Source: Nitrosopumilus sp. (GTDB lineage: Archaea > Thermoproteota > Nitrososphaeria > Nitrososphaerales > Nitrosopumilaceae). Taken from it: a stretch of DNA of 64,000 bases. Below the pieces are notes generated by a model. It was given only the letters and a program-made list of their open reading frames with translations. It did not search any database and was not told where the DNA came from. Shown in pieces: positions 1-10,222 of this stretch. The stretch covers positions 1 to 64,000 of the forward strand of contig OZ250186.1 in assembly GCA_965238275.1 (NCBI GenBank), read 5' to 3'. Positions within the stretch are counted from its first letter, which is position 1. Each line of letters opens with the position of its first letter. The translations under genes were made by a program, and so were the position numbers.

Positions 1-189
1 GATTTCGGTGATCGGATCACTAGAATTTACCAGAGCCCTCAAGTCGGCTCTGTTCAAATATGGTAATCTGATGGATTTACTGTTCAAAAGTGAGATTTGC
101 GGATCTTCTCCAGAATCTTGCAAAATTAACTGTTCTAAGGCGAGCTCACCATATTTGAGCAGAGTCGAGAAAACTTTGATGTTAATCAC
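1..189 (-). CDS. Hypothetical protein, partial (runs off the left edge)
   Basis: GTG at 189 overlaps the stop of the 182-364 ORF. The frame stays open for 63 codons to the window edge (VINIKVFSTLLKYGELALEQ...). Confidence 0.35.
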   Translation of the reverse strand, partial: MINIKVFSTLLKYGELALEQLILQDSGEDPQISLLNSKSIRLPYLNRADLRALVNSSDPITEI

Positions 190-364
190 ACGTCTTGATC
201 CCGTACTTGTACTCGAACAAGTACAGGCCGTAGTCCACGCACTCCATGGAGAGTGCGATGTCTCTCAAGAGATTGGCCGACTTTAGCCTGCCCGCCCTTT
301 CGTCCTCGTCTGCGACCTGACGAAAACGTGCTATCACGCACAGACCTTCCTCGCAGTCCTTCAT
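182..364 (-). CDS. Small hypothetical protein (60 aa), possibly from a mobile element
   Basis: ATG-started ORF with an AT-rich upstream region, apparently coupled to the downstream ORF. No recognisable motif. Confidence 0.35.
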   Translation of the reverse strand: MKDCEEGLCVIARFRQVADEDERAGRLKSANLLRDIALSMECVDYGLYLFEYKYGIKTCD

Positions 365-476
365 GGCATAATGACGGCGTGGTGGGATAAATTGATTCTG
401 TGAGGATTACCTTTTATGTTTACCAGATTACTGCAATCATAATGAATGGTGCAAGCATTCAACGGGAGGCCGCGTA

Positions 477-1030
477 ATGCCGCGTAGAGGCAAAATGATC
501 ATAATTATCGCCGCAGTCCTAGTCGCCGCGTGGTTCGTGGCCATGCAATATGACGTAAGTGACGACGCGGTTGAGCATGATGAGACAATCCAAAATGAGA
601 TGATACCCGTGCATGTGGACATATGGCCTGCGGGCGTGCACCCAAACGCGGTGTGAGGCAAAATAACCCGCATAGTCGACGGCGACACCCTGCATTTCGA
701 CGCCATCGCGTACAGGCTCAGCCTGATTGACACGCCCGAACGCGGGGAAGACGGTGCCTTGGAAGCTACGAAGGCATTGAAGGCGCTTTGCCCCAAGGCA
801 GCACCGCGTATATGGACGAAGACTCCATACAAGCATTCGACAAGTATGGTCGCCACTTGGGGACGGTGTGGTGCGAGGGCAACGGTTATGCCGCGACAGC
901 AGGCGCGTGGCTGCACGAAAACGGCTACCTGGAGAAGTTTTACACCGACTTTTGCGACACTGCCTAGGCCGCAACGCCGGAATGGGCCGAAGTCACTGGG
1001 ATGTGGACGTATTATGACGCGTGCAACTGA
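477..1030 (+). pseudogene. Thermonuclease (staphylococcal nuclease-like) pseudogene with N-terminal membrane anchor
   Basis: Manual translation gives MPRRGKMIIIIAAVLVAAWF..., RIVDGDT, RLSLIDTPE and DKYGRHLGTVW (SNase motifs). Interrupted by in-frame TGA 654-656, a frameshift near 795 and TAG 965-967. Confidence 0.8.
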
Positions 1031-1306
1031 CTGGGATGAGGTTTGGCATCCTGATGACATGCTTATGTGGTGGAGGCTTGATATGCATCCGTAGATCTGG
1101 AAGTACCCGCCTGCATCTAAACAGTTGCTTCTGCGTTCGTATGTGGCAGAAAGGGCCGCCGGTTTTGTGGGCGGCCTGAATGGGCAACAGGAATCAGCAA
1201 CCCCAGATAAGATACATACGCAGCCGAATTGCCATCCGGCTGGTGGTCGTACGGACGCAAAGAGGCCAGCATTTGCATAGTAGTCCGGATTGAATCACAT
1301 CTGGAT

Positions 1307-1331
1307 AAATAAAAAATAAAAAATAAAAAAA
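1307..1331 (-). terminator. Oligo-T terminator of sod
   Basis: Long T-rich tract on the minus strand immediately after the sod stop codon. Confidence 0.6.
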
Positions 1332-1952
1332 TTATTTGGCCTTTGAGAATCTGCTTTCCACTTCGTCCCAGTTTACGACGTTCCACCAGGCTGCAATATA
1401 GACTGGTCTCTTGTTCTGGTAGTTGAGATAGTATGCATGTTCCCAGACATCACATCCCAATAACGGCACCAATCCCTCGGTTCTTGGACTGGTCTGGTTT
1501 GGCATTGACTTGTACTCCACCTTTCCGGATGAAGGATTGTATACCAACCATCCCCAGCCACTTCCCTGGATTACTGCCGTAGTGGATGAGAACTTCTCCT
1601 TGAAGTCAGAAAAGCTTCCAAAGGAATCGTTGATTGCATCTGCAATTGATCCTCCTGGCTCCCCGCCTCCGTTTGGCTTCATGTTGTTCCAAAACAACCT
1701 ATGGTTGTCGTAGCCACCGCCGTTGAAGTTGATTGCACCCCTCTTGTCTTGCGGAACTGAGTTGATATCAGAAAGAATCTCAAGGATGTCCTTCTCTTGA
1801 ATCTCAGCAGGGCATGTATCAAGGGCCGCATTTAGTTTGTCAGTGTATGTCTGATGATGCTTTGTATGGTGAATCTCCATGGTTCGTGCATCAATGTGTG
1901 GCTCTAGCGCGTCGTATGCATAGGGCATTTCAGGAAGCGTGTATTTTCCCAT
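1332..1952 (-). CDS. sod: Fe/Mn superoxide dismutase
   Basis: Motifs [27 protein letters not shown] and DVWEHAYY. Confidence 0.97.
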   Translation of the reverse strand: MGKYTLPEMPYAYDALEPHIDARTMEIHHTKHHQTYTDKLNAALDTCPAEIQEKDILEILSDINSVPQDKRGAINFNGGGYDNHRLFWNNMKPNGGGEPGGSIADAINDSFGSFSDFKEKFSSTTAVIQGSGWGWLVYNPSSGKVEYKSMPNQTSPRTEGLVPLLGCDVWEHAYYLNYQNKRPVYIAAWWNVVNWDEVESRFSKAK

Positions 1953-2098
1953 GAGAGTTTTGAAAGCCTATTCCATTTATTGGTTTATGTAAAGGATTGC
2001 CGGGCACGCCACAGTGCCGTTGGGGGGCGTGCCGGTAAAACCGGGCGCGCCGGATACGGGCATTATACGTTTTTACCAGCAGATGCATCAGGGTGCAT

Positions 2099-4147
2099 AT
2101 GAGAATCCTGTTCCTCGTTTTGATCCTCGTGTTCCCGGCAGGCATCATGCTTTTTGAATTGACCCCAGACGGCGGGGACCAGGGCAGAACATATCTGGAG
2201 AACAGCGCCCCGTACATAGGAACAGACGTTCCAAGGGAGGATGGAATTGATGGTACCGGAATCACGGTGGCAGTGATTGACACGGGAGTCGACTTTAATC
2301 ACCCAGATCTGGCAGGCTGGGGCAAGGACGGAAAGGTGGTTGGGGGACACAACTTTATTCAGGGAGACATGCCTCCGTTGGATACCAGCGGCCATGGGAC
2401 CCAGGTTGCCGGAATAATTGCAGCAGACGGGGAGCTGGTCGGAATCGCTCCCAAGGCGCGAATCCTTGCCTACAAGGTATCAGAGGACGGAGAGGGCGTC
2501 TCATCGGATCTTATTGTCAGGGCCATAGGCATGGCAGTCGAAGACGGGGCTGACATAATAAACATCAGCTTGGGGGTGAACAGCACAAATACAAAGATTG
2601 ACCGCGCAGTGAACCAGGCAGTTGAAAACGGCGTCCTTGTGGTGGTGGCAGCAGGAAACGACGGGCCGGAGCCCGAAACCATCGGAAGTCCCGGAGGGAG
2701 CATCAATGCGCTGACTGTCGGGGCCACATACAACAACATCACGACAAGTCTTGTCGCGACACTGGAGATAGGCGAGGAACAGTATACCGTGGTTCCGATG
2801 GCTGGCTCTCCCACTCTTGACGAGCCGATCACCGGAGAGATAGTCTTTGGCGGGTATGGGAAAAGCACGGATCTGAAGGAGGGGGAGGCAGAGGATGCCA
2901 TAGTGCTAGTGGAGAGGGGGAGCGACGTGGAAGGCCAGATGCTGTACTTTTCGATAAAGGAGAAGAATGCCGCCGATGCGGGGGCAAAGGCCCTGATTGT
3001 GTACAACAACGAGTCGGGGCTATTCCTGGGGGAGCTGATTCACGAGTTTATCGAACCTGGGTACGAGCCAAGGATTCCGGTGGTATCAATAGACAGGGAG
3101 GAGGGACTTGAGATCAGGGAGAGGGCAGGCAGTAATGGAGTGATGCACCTTTTTTATAATCCGGACTTTGTAGTGCATTTTAGTTCCAGGGGGCCGGTAT
3201 CGCCGTTCTACGCAAAGCCGGACATCATGGCTCCGGGGGCATACATCAACACCACGCAGAACGGCTCAATGTACAACATTACCAGCGGAACAAGCTATGC
3301 GGCACCGCACGTGGCCGGGGCAGCAGCGCTACTCCTTCAAAAGAATCCCGAACTGGACAACGGCCAGATACGGTCGCTTCTCATGACTACGGTCAAGCCG
3401 GTCTCAAACGCCTACGGGGCGGAGTTTCCCATACAGGATGCAGGCAATGGCAGGCTGAACCTGGCAGGCGCCTACGAGGCAGGCCTCATCATTACGCCAC
3501 CAAACATCGTGACAAGCATGTCGCCATACAGGATGACATCAGAGCACCGGATTGAGATGGTGCCAATCGGCAGCATGCCAGATGACGTCAGCGTAGAATT
3601 CGAGGGATCAGAGTCCATAGAATTTGACCATTCCAGGGACGGGAATGCGCTGCATGTCAAAATGAGCATGGCAGGAGGGGATTTTGGCGATCACGAGGGA
3701 AGGGTGGTTCTCAGCCACGGCCAGACCAGATACAGCGTTCCGGTCCTGATACACTACACCCCAGGCTCGATATCGACAAGCCAGGAGAATCAGAGGCTTC
3801 TCTTTGAGGTTCAGCACCAGGATCAGTGGGACTTTGCAAAGATTTCAGTCATTAACAGCATGGACGGGAGGGTACGCACCGCAACTGCCACGCCGGACAG
3901 GGATGCATCAATTGAGATTTACAGAAACGCAGTATACTGGATAGATGCCAGAATCGTCTCAAACGAGAACGCCTCAGAGGCATACAGCACGGTGACAGTT
4001 GACTGGCTTGCAGAGGATCGTGACGGCCCAGAGCCCATCGACATATCTGCAAGGCACGTCGGGATAATCGTAGTGATCACGGCGGCGGTAGGAATGGCAG
4101 GGGTGGTCAGAAGAAGAACCACTACTATTACGATGATGAAAGGTTAG
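2099..4147 (+). CDS. S8 subtilisin-like serine protease with PA domain, signal peptide and C-terminal membrane helix
   Basis: Catalytic triad motifs VIDTG, HGTQVAG and GTSYAAPHV. PA insert present; both termini hydrophobic. Confidence 0.93.
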   Translation: MRILFLVLILVFPAGIMLFELTPDGGDQGRTYLENSAPYIGTDVPREDGIDGTGITVAVIDTGVDFNHPDLAGWGKDGKVVGGHNFIQGDMPPLDTSGHGTQVAGIIAADGELVGIAPKARILAYKVSEDGEGVSSDLIVRAIGMAVEDGADIINISLGVNSTNTKIDRAVNQAVENGVLVVVAAGNDGPEPETIGSPGGSINALTVGATYNNITTSLVATLEIGEEQYTVVPMAGSPTLDEPITGEIVFGGYGKSTDLKEGEAEDAIVLVERGSDVEGQMLYFSIKEKNAADAGAKALIVYNNESGLFLGELIHEFIEPGYEPRIPVVSIDREEGLEIRERAGSNGVMHLFYNPDFVVHFSSRGPVSPFYAKPDIMAPGAYINTTQNGSMYNITSGTSYAAPHVAGAAALLLQKNPELDNGQIRSLLMTTVKPVSNAYGAEFPIQDAGNGRLNLAGAYEAGLIITPPNIVTSMSPYRMTSEHRIEMVPIGSMPDDVSVEFEGSESIEFDHSRDGNALHVKMSMAGGDFGDHEGRVVLSHGQTRYSVPVLIHYTPGSISTSQENQRLLFEVQHQDQWDFAKISVINSMDGRVRTATATPDRDASIEIYRNAVYWIDARIVSNENASEAYSTVTVDWLAEDRDGPEPIDISARHVGIIVVITAAVGMAGVVRRRTTTITMMKG

Positions 4148-5714
4148 GACCTGCATTTGCAATCTTTGGTGAGGCATCCTTGAACTGTTTAAAGTTTGTA
4201 ACAAACATCTCTGCAAGCCGCTTGGCCGAGGCCAGGTACATCTCCTTGTCATCCCAGGTGTTCATGGGGTTTAGAATCTCGGGCGGAACGCCGTCGACGT
4301 GCACGGGAATGTCCAGGTTGAACAGTTCATCGTGCCTGTACTCCACGTTGTCAAGTGCCCCAGACAGCGCAGCAGTAACCATTGCGCGGCTGTACTTGAT
4401 CGAGATTCTTTTGCCAGTCCCGTACGGCCCGCCCGACCAGCCGGTGTTTACAAGATAGACGACTGCGTTATGCTCGTTGATCTTTTTTCCCAGCAGCCTT
4501 GCGTATACGGATGCTGGCCTGGGCATGAACGGGGCCCCAAAGCATTCCGAGAATACGAATTTGGGCTCCTTGATGCCCCTCTCGGTTCCGGCAAGCTTGC
4601 TGGTATACCCGGACATAAAGTGGTACATGGCCCCCTCCCGGGTCAGTTTGGATACCGGAGGCAGTACCCCCAGGGCATCGGCAGTCAGAAATACTATAAC
4701 CTTCGGGTTTCCCGCCACGCTTGGAGTTACCGCGCCCGGGATGTAGTGGAGCGGGTATGCAACCCGGGTATTTTCGGTAAGGCTGTCATCATCATAGTCT
4801 GACACGCCGTTATTCAACACAACATTTTCAAGGACCGAGCCGTCCCGGATGGCATTCCATATCTCAGGCTCTGCCTCCTGGCTCAGGCGGATGCATTTTG
4901 CATAGCATCCCCCCTCAAAGTTGAATGTGCCGTTATCGGACCAGCCGTGCTCGTCATCGCCCACAAGCCTCCTGTTGGGATCAGTGGACAGCGTGGTCTT
5001 GCCGGTGCCTGACAGCCCGAAGAACAGCACGGTGCCCCCGTCCTCCCCTATGTTTGCAGAGCAGTGCATCGGAAAGACGCCGCGCTCAGGCAGGAGAAAG
5101 TTCATCACGGTAAACATGGATTTTTTTATCTCCCCGGCATACGCTGTGCCGCCGATGAGAACAATCTTCCTGGTCAGATCAACCAGTATGAAGACGTCAG
5201 TCTTGGTTCCGTCAACCTCCGGGACGGCCTTGAAGTCGTTGATGCACATGACGGTAAATTCGGGCTCGTGCCGCTCCAGTTCCTCGTCTGTCGGCCTGAT
5301 GAACAGGTTTCTGGAGAAGAGGCTCTGCCAGACATGGTCATTGATGACACGGATCGGCAGGCGGTTTTTTGGATCCGCGCCCACAAAGCCGTCAAAGACA
5401 AAGAGCTCCCTGCCGTCTACAAATTTTTTCATCTTTTCAAGAATCATCCCGAACCTGTCGCTTGGAAACTGATGGTTGATCTTTCCCCAGTCAACTGTAT
5501 TGCGGGTCACATCATCAAACACGATAAAGCGGTCGTCAGGCGATCGCCCTGTGTACTTGCCGGTGTTTACGGAAATGGCGCCTGCCGTGCTTGTCACGGC
5601 CTCTCCCCTCTCAGTTGCAATATTCACCATGTCCTCCACGGCCAGATTGCGGTGAACCTTGAAGGGGCTGATTCCAAATTCTGCCAATTGGGATGAGAAC
5701 CTGTCAGTAATCAT
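4128..5714 (-). CDS. pckA: Phosphoenolpyruvate carboxykinase (ATP)
   Basis: Motifs TGRSP, GLSGTGKTTLS, GDDEHGW, NFEGGCYAK and NTGW. Confidence 0.97.
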   Translation of the reverse strand: MITDRFSSQLAEFGISPFKVHRNLAVEDMVNIATERGEAVTSTAGAISVNTGKYTGRSPDDRFIVFDDVTRNTVDWGKINHQFPSDRFGMILEKMKKFVDGRELFVFDGFVGADPKNRLPIRVINDHVWQSLFSRNLFIRPTDEELERHEPEFTVMCINDFKAVPEVDGTKTDVFILVDLTRKIVLIGGTAYAGEIKKSMFTVMNFLLPERGVFPMHCSANIGEDGGTVLFFGLSGTGKTTLSTDPNRRLVGDDEHGWSDNGTFNFEGGCYAKCIRLSQEAEPEIWNAIRDGSVLENVVLNNGVSDYDDDSLTENTRVAYPLHYIPGAVTPSVAGNPKVIVFLTADALGVLPPVSKLTREGAMYHFMSGYTSKLAGTERGIKEPKFVFSECFGAPFMPRPASVYARLLGKKINEHNAVVYLVNTGWSGGPYGTGKRISIKYSRAMVTAALSGALDNVEYRHDELFNLDIPVHVDGVPPEILNPMNTWDDKEMYLASAKRLAEMFVTNFKQFKDASPKIANAGPNLSSS

Positions 5715-6166
5715 GGTACCCTGTATATGGGTCAGGGGATTACGCCCCCATGGATGATCATTTCAGGCTCGAGTCTGATCATAAGATATTTCGATTCGAA
5801 TCAAGTTTCCTTATTATCTCTTACGGGAATTGGCAGTGATGGAGAGAATGCGCGTTCTCATACATTCCCATTTTTCTGTCGCGCCATGCCAACCCCAATT
5901 CCAAACAATCCCTTTTACGTGCAGGCCTGCTCCCTCTGCAATCAGCGCGGCCTCCAATTCTTTCACCCTGGTTCTGGGCCTTTCATCCTCTGCGGCCAGT
6001 ATTCTGAACTCCCCGCGCAGGGGCGGATTTACGCATGTGGCAGTTTTCAGACACCACGATCTAAACGGAGGCATGCTCCGGTCAATTTTTTTTTTTCAGG
6101 CACGGATCTGGGCGCGTACAAAGAAATCTCCATAGTTTTATATTATGTCTGTCGGGCCTTGATTTC

Positions 6167-6469
6167 ATGGAATACGTTTACGCAGCTTTGCTTCTTCACA
6201 AGCTGAACAAGGATGTCAACGAAGAAAACATCAGTTCGGTAGTAAGGGCATCAGGTGCAGAGGTCAATGAGACTCAAGTCAAGGCACTTGTTGCAGCATT
6301 GGCCGATGTAAACATTGACGAGGCAGTAAAGGCCACACCTGTCGCAGTTGCAGCAACAGCAGCGGCACCAGCTGCAGCAGAGACTGAAGCTAAGAAGGAA
6401 GAGGAGCCCAAGGATACTGGCAAGACCGAGGAAGCAGCCATGGAAGGATTGTCTTCCCTGTTTGGTTAG
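6167..6469 (+). CDS. rpl12: 50S ribosomal protein L12 (P1)
   Basis: [11 protein letters not shown] start, Ala-rich hinge, acidic tail ending GLSSLFG. Confidence 0.96.
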   Translation: MEYVYAALLLHKLNKDVNEENISSVVRASGAEVNETQVKALVAALADVNIDEAVKATPVAVAATAAAPAAAETEAKKEEEPKDTGKTEEAAMEGLSSLFG

Positions 6470-6791
6470 ACCAGCCTTCAACTTGAATATTGTTTTATCT
6501 TGTAATTGTTATGGGCGTATAGCCAACCGGCCATAATCATTTCCCAGCAATAGGCACAGGATCCCGCCTGATGGCATGTGTGGATCCCGGCATGAAAAAG
6601 TCGCGAGGGCGCACTCGTCCCATCATGACAAATCCAAAACCGGCAGGCTGCATAATTTTTTAGAAAAACCAATCCGGATTGACATGATCCGCCGCCGTGG
6701 CGGCAGTTGTCACGGATATGCCAAGAGTCGTTTATACTGAACCCCATGCCGGGCTTGGCTGCTCCCGGAGATGAATCCGGTCATGATGGTG

Positions 6792-7658
6792 CTATCCCGG
6801 GGTATAGTTGTCGGCCTGGTCTGCCAGAGATCTTGCCTTGGAATGTGCCCTTTGAAGGATCTCCTGTTTTGTCTGATCTGTCATAAAGCCGGACTCGACA
6901 GACAGCGAGCGTGCATGCTGTGCGGCGCGTCCGAGTATCTGAGAGACGTTTTCGGGAGTAACGTATGATGCCTCGACCGAAAGCGAGGCTGCCTCATGGT
7001 ATGCCCGTACCAGTTCGTCTTGCACCTTCTCAACATCCACGACAAGATCGTCTTTTGAATACTTGGAGCCATCCTCGAGTGCAGCATAAAGTGATATTCC
7101 GGCCTCAATGGGCTTGATGTCCAGCTTGCCCAGAATCGAGGCCAGTTTCTCGCCGATTACCTCACCCTTGAGAACAGGCGTGCTGTCCTTTGCAATCCAG
7201 ATGGTCCCCTGATCAATCTTGGTTGGGATTCCTGCACCCTTGAACTCTGTCAGCATCGGACCGGGGGCAATTCCGGTATTCTTTGCAGGCACAACCACGT
7301 CGATGCTAGCAACATCGCCTCCCCTTGCTGCCATCATTATTCTGTTCTTGGCCAGCAGTATGTTGAGCTTGAATGGAGACATGTTGGTAAGGAGGAACAT
7401 GCACTGCTCCGTAAGCTCGTCGGCCATGCCGGCAATTCCAGGAACATCAAGCGCCCTGAGCGCCTTTTGTGCGATCTTGTCCTTGACGCTTACAAACTCG
7501 ACATCATCCTTGAGAGTCTTTCGCAGCGGCAGGATCTGTGTGGAGCGTACCTTCTCCATCCTGACAAGGGCCATAACCCGGTATCTGCCGGGAAGGCTCT
7601 GCATCTGCTGATACATCCGGGTCTTTTTTGCCGGATAAGTCGTCCTGTTCTCATGCAT
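6792..7658 (-). CDS. rpl10: 50S ribosomal protein L10 (P0)
   Basis: Motifs NTGIAPGP and GIPTKIDQGTI. Directly downstream of rpl1. Confidence 0.95.
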   Translation of the reverse strand: MHENRTTYPAKKTRMYQQMQSLPGRYRVMALVRMEKVRSTQILPLRKTLKDDVEFVSVKDKIAQKALRALDVPGIAGMADELTEQCMFLLTNMSPFKLNILLAKNRIMMAARGGDVASIDVVVPAKNTGIAPGPMLTEFKGAGIPTKIDQGTIWIAKDSTPVLKGEVIGEKLASILGKLDIKPIEAGISLYAALEDGSKYSKDDLVVDVEKVQDELVRAYHEAASLSVEASYVTPENVSQILGRAAQHARSLSVESGFMTDQTKQEILQRAHSKARSLADQADNYTPG

Positions 7659-8313
7659 GTCTCTTCTTGATCTCCTGTGCCTGTTTTACTGGACTGCCCA
7701 TGGTGGTCTTTACTATAACCCTCTTGATGTTCCTCTCGCCGTTTGGCAGCTTCTTTTCTATTGCGCCAAGAATTGCGTGTGCGTTGACTGCCAGATCCGC
7801 ATCATCCATGGTCTCGTCGCCAATCTTGCACGATAGCGACAGTGACGCCCGCGCCCTTATCTTAATTGACGTGCGGAACCTCTGGAGGAATGCCTCGATC
7901 GGGGCATTGAACGGAACAGGCGTCGGCATCTTTCCCCTGGGCCCTAGCAGCTGACCAAGGGTCTTTCCCACAGTCGGCATGACCTTGGTGTCTGCCAGAA
8001 AAAAGTCGTACTTGTTGATGAACTTTCTTGACTCCCTCTTGTTTATGGCAAACCGGTCCAGATCCTCGGTCCCCACAACCGCGTCTGCGTTGGCCTGCCT
8101 TGCCTTCTGGCCCATGTCTCCTGTGGCCATGACGCATACAGTCGACGGGGAGATGTTTTTTGGAAGCTGCACCACCTCGTTTATGGCAAATCCCTTCTTT
8201 ACGTCAATATCCTTAAAGTTTACAATCAGCTCCACGGACTGCTTGAATCCTCTTGGCTTGCCTGCACTCTTGGCCTCCTTTATAATTTCTGTAAGCTGGG
8301 ACTCTGTAATCAT
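7651..8313 (-). CDS. rpl1: 50S ribosomal protein L1
   Basis: Motifs FKQSVEL, LGPRGKMP and KTTMG. Confidence 0.96.
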   Translation of the reverse strand: MITESQLTEIIKEAKSAGKPRGFKQSVELIVNFKDIDVKKGFAINEVVQLPKNISPSTVCVMATGDMGQKARQANADAVVGTEDLDRFAINKRESRKFINKYDFFLADTKVMPTVGKTLGQLLGPRGKMPTPVPFNAPIEAFLQRFRTSIKIRARASLSLSCKIGDETMDDADLAVNAHAILGAIEKKLPNGERNIKRVIVKTTMGSPVKQAQEIKKRHA

Positions 8314-8419
8314 TACGGTGTGCTTTCTAGGTAGCCTACTTAAAATCGTTAAGATTGTGATTTTTTAAAGTGACGCAGGCCACATGCGACAACGCTGTCG
8401 GCCACATGGTGCCATACAC

Positions 8420-8459
8420 GGGCATCGCGGTGCCTGGGCATCGCGGTGCCTGGGCATCG
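8420..8459 (+). repeat. 16-bp tandem repeat GGGCATCGCGGTGCCT, 2.5 copies
   Basis: Read directly; lies between the divergent rpl1 and Lrp genes. Confidence 0.85.
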
Positions 8460-8577
8460 GATTTTTTCTGTATGCCGTTTTGAAAAATTACATCTTTTAG
8501 GAAGAATACCTATAATTCCTGTCCGATACATCCCAAAACTTACACATATTAAGTCTCCCGGAGAATTTTCAGACAGC

Positions 8578-9033
8578 ATGCCCAAATTCGACGAACTGGA
8601 CATAACACTGCTTTACGAGCTGATGCAGGACGGCTCCGTCTCAATTCCAGTCCTGTCCAGAAAGATGGGGATCAACGCATCGGTCCTGTACAGCCGGATC
8701 AAGAGGATGACCAAGAACGGACTGATCAAAAAGTTTACCATCGAGATAGACGATGCCCTCCTTGGAATAAGCGTCAAGGCCTCGGTTGGAATCAACCGCG
8801 ATCCCAAGCTCAAGAATACAATACATGACAGCCTCATGGATGCCGACGAGGTGGTAGCGATATCAGAGGTCACGGGAAGGTTTGACATGATAATTCAGGT
8901 TTATGCAAAGGATCTGAGCACCCTGCACACCATAGTCATTGAAAAGATTGGAAGGATTCCTGGCATCTACAACACCGAGACGTTTGTAGAGCTGCAAAAG
9001 ACTGACAAGGATCCGCTTTACCTGATTCGGTAG
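8578..9033 (+). CDS. Lrp/AsnC family transcriptional regulator
   Basis: DELDITLL...RIKRM...GLIKKF winged HTH and VTGRFD ligand-binding domain motif. Start refined to ATG 8578. Confidence 0.92.
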   Translation: MPKFDELDITLLYELMQDGSVSIPVLSRKMGINASVLYSRIKRMTKNGLIKKFTIEIDDALLGISVKASVGINRDPKLKNTIHDSLMDADEVVAISEVTGRFDMIIQVYAKDLSTLHTIVIEKIGRIPGIYNTETFVELQKTDKDPLYLIR

Positions 9034-9513
9034 CTATTGGAACTTTGCGTCCCACTTGCCTGCGTTGATCTCGGCAGTGATCTCTTTTGGAGTCATTCCC
9101 TCCACCTTTATCCCCAGGCTGAGGCACGTACCGATGACTGTCTTTGCAACGGACTTTAGCGACGAGGCATATGACTTTTCAAGTTTTGTGTTTGCCACCT
9201 TGATAATGGAGTCCATGGTGACGTCCCCTACCCACTCTGTGCCTGATGTTCCGGAGCCCTTTTGAATTCCTGCATCCTTCATGATGAGGGCTGCAGCCGA
9301 GGGAATCCCTATCTCGATCCTGTACTCCTTGGTGTCGCCGTCCACGATCACAGCGACTGGAACCTTCATTCCCTCAAAGTCCTTGGTCTTGTCGTTGATT
9401 GCCTTGATGACCTGCATGATGTTGACTCCCAACGGACCCAGCGCCGGGCCCAGGGGCGGGCCCGCAGATGCTGCTCCGCCTGTTACCAATGATTCTATTT
9501 TTTGTTCTCCCAT
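9034..9513 (-). CDS. rpl11: 50S ribosomal protein L11
   Basis: Motifs GPPLGPALGPLG and GTCLSLG. Confidence 0.97.
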   Translation of the reverse strand: MGEQKIESLVTGGAASAGPPLGPALGPLGVNIMQVIKAINDKTKDFEGMKVPVAVIVDGDTKEYRIEIGIPSAAALIMKDAGIQKGSGTSGTEWVGDVTMDSIIKVANTKLEKSYASSLKSVAKTVIGTCLSLGIKVEGMTPKEITAEINAGKWDAKFQ

Positions 9514-9548
9514 GTCAGTTCATCCCAGTATGAAAAATTTAATCCTTG

Positions 9549-10007
9549 CTAAGCCTCACTTGAAAGTTTCAGATAGTTTGCATCCACGGTAACAGGCAGC
9601 TGGTACGAGGCATCCAGCAACACCACGGTGGCCTCCTCCTTTTCCACATCTATCCTGGTAATGGTGGCCTTCATTCCCTTGAACGGCCCTCCGGTAATCT
9701 CCACAATGTTGTCTATGGCCAGCTGGGATACAGTTGATCTCTTTATCAGGTATCCTTCAATGTCCTTGAATTCCAGTTCGCCCCTCAGCTGGCCCCGGAT
9801 ATGCCTGACTCCCTCTACTGCCATGTATGCATCGCTTGGATTGACTGCCTCAATAACCACATACCCCTTTAGGTTGTCAACTAGCAGTACGGACTGGATG
9901 TTTATCTTGTTTGACTTGGCCTTTGCCTCCAGCAGCCTCATCACCACCTTCTCCTGCCCCCCGGTGGTCCGTATTGCAAACAGATGTGATCTTATCTCTT
10001 CGGACAA
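9549..10007 (-). CDS. spt5: Transcription elongation factor Spt5 (NusG)
   Basis: NGN domain (RTTGGQE, KGYVVIE) and KOW motif (VEITGGPFKG). Confidence 0.95.
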   Translation of the reverse strand: MSEEIRSHLFAIRTTGGQEKVVMRLLEAKAKSNKINIQSVLLVDNLKGYVVIEAVNPSDAYMAVEGVRHIRGQLRGELEFKDIEGYLIKRSTVSQLAIDNIVEITGGPFKGMKATITRIDVEKEEATVVLLDASYQLPVTVDANYLKLSSEA

Positions 10008-10009
10008 CT

Positions 10010-10183
10010 CTACCTACCAAATGTAATCACGGAAAAGACGAACTGTATGATAAATCCGATGGTCCCGACGCCTGCTATTCCCAGCAGGACCAGTCTGAGA
10101 TGCTGTTGGTACTCATCCTTGTCAGGCTTCTTGGCCATCTTCATGGTGTTGAGCATGTTCTTCAAAGTATACCTAGGGTTCAT
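10010..10183 (-). CDS. secE: Protein translocase subunit SecE / Sec61-gamma (57 aa; below the ORF-track length cutoff)
   Basis: Manual translation MNPRYTLKNMLNTMKMAKKPDKDEYQQHLRLVLLGIAGVGTIGFII... Sits in the secE-spt5-rpl11 order. Confidence 0.92.
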   Translation of the reverse strand: MNPRYTLKNMLNTMKMAKKPDKDEYQQHLRLVLLGIAGVGTIGFIIQFVFSVITFGR

Positions 10184-10222
10184 TGGTGGAAATTAATAGG
10201 GTTGCCTTATATCTCTTAGCTA

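Noticed and set aside
654-656. In-frame TGA as selenocysteine or readthrough in the nuclease
   Set aside because: A further frameshift and a TAG indicate ordinary decay.
1154-2035. GC-rich hairpins flanking sod (GGCCGCC/GGCGGCC and GGCACGCC/GGCGTGCC)
   Set aside because: They differ in sequence and are not repeated, so there is no support for a REP or MITE family.
5814-6074. ORF with a coiled-coil stretch (RTRVKELEAAL) resembling a transposase N-terminus
   Set aside because: No catalytic motif or terminal repeats; too little evidence.
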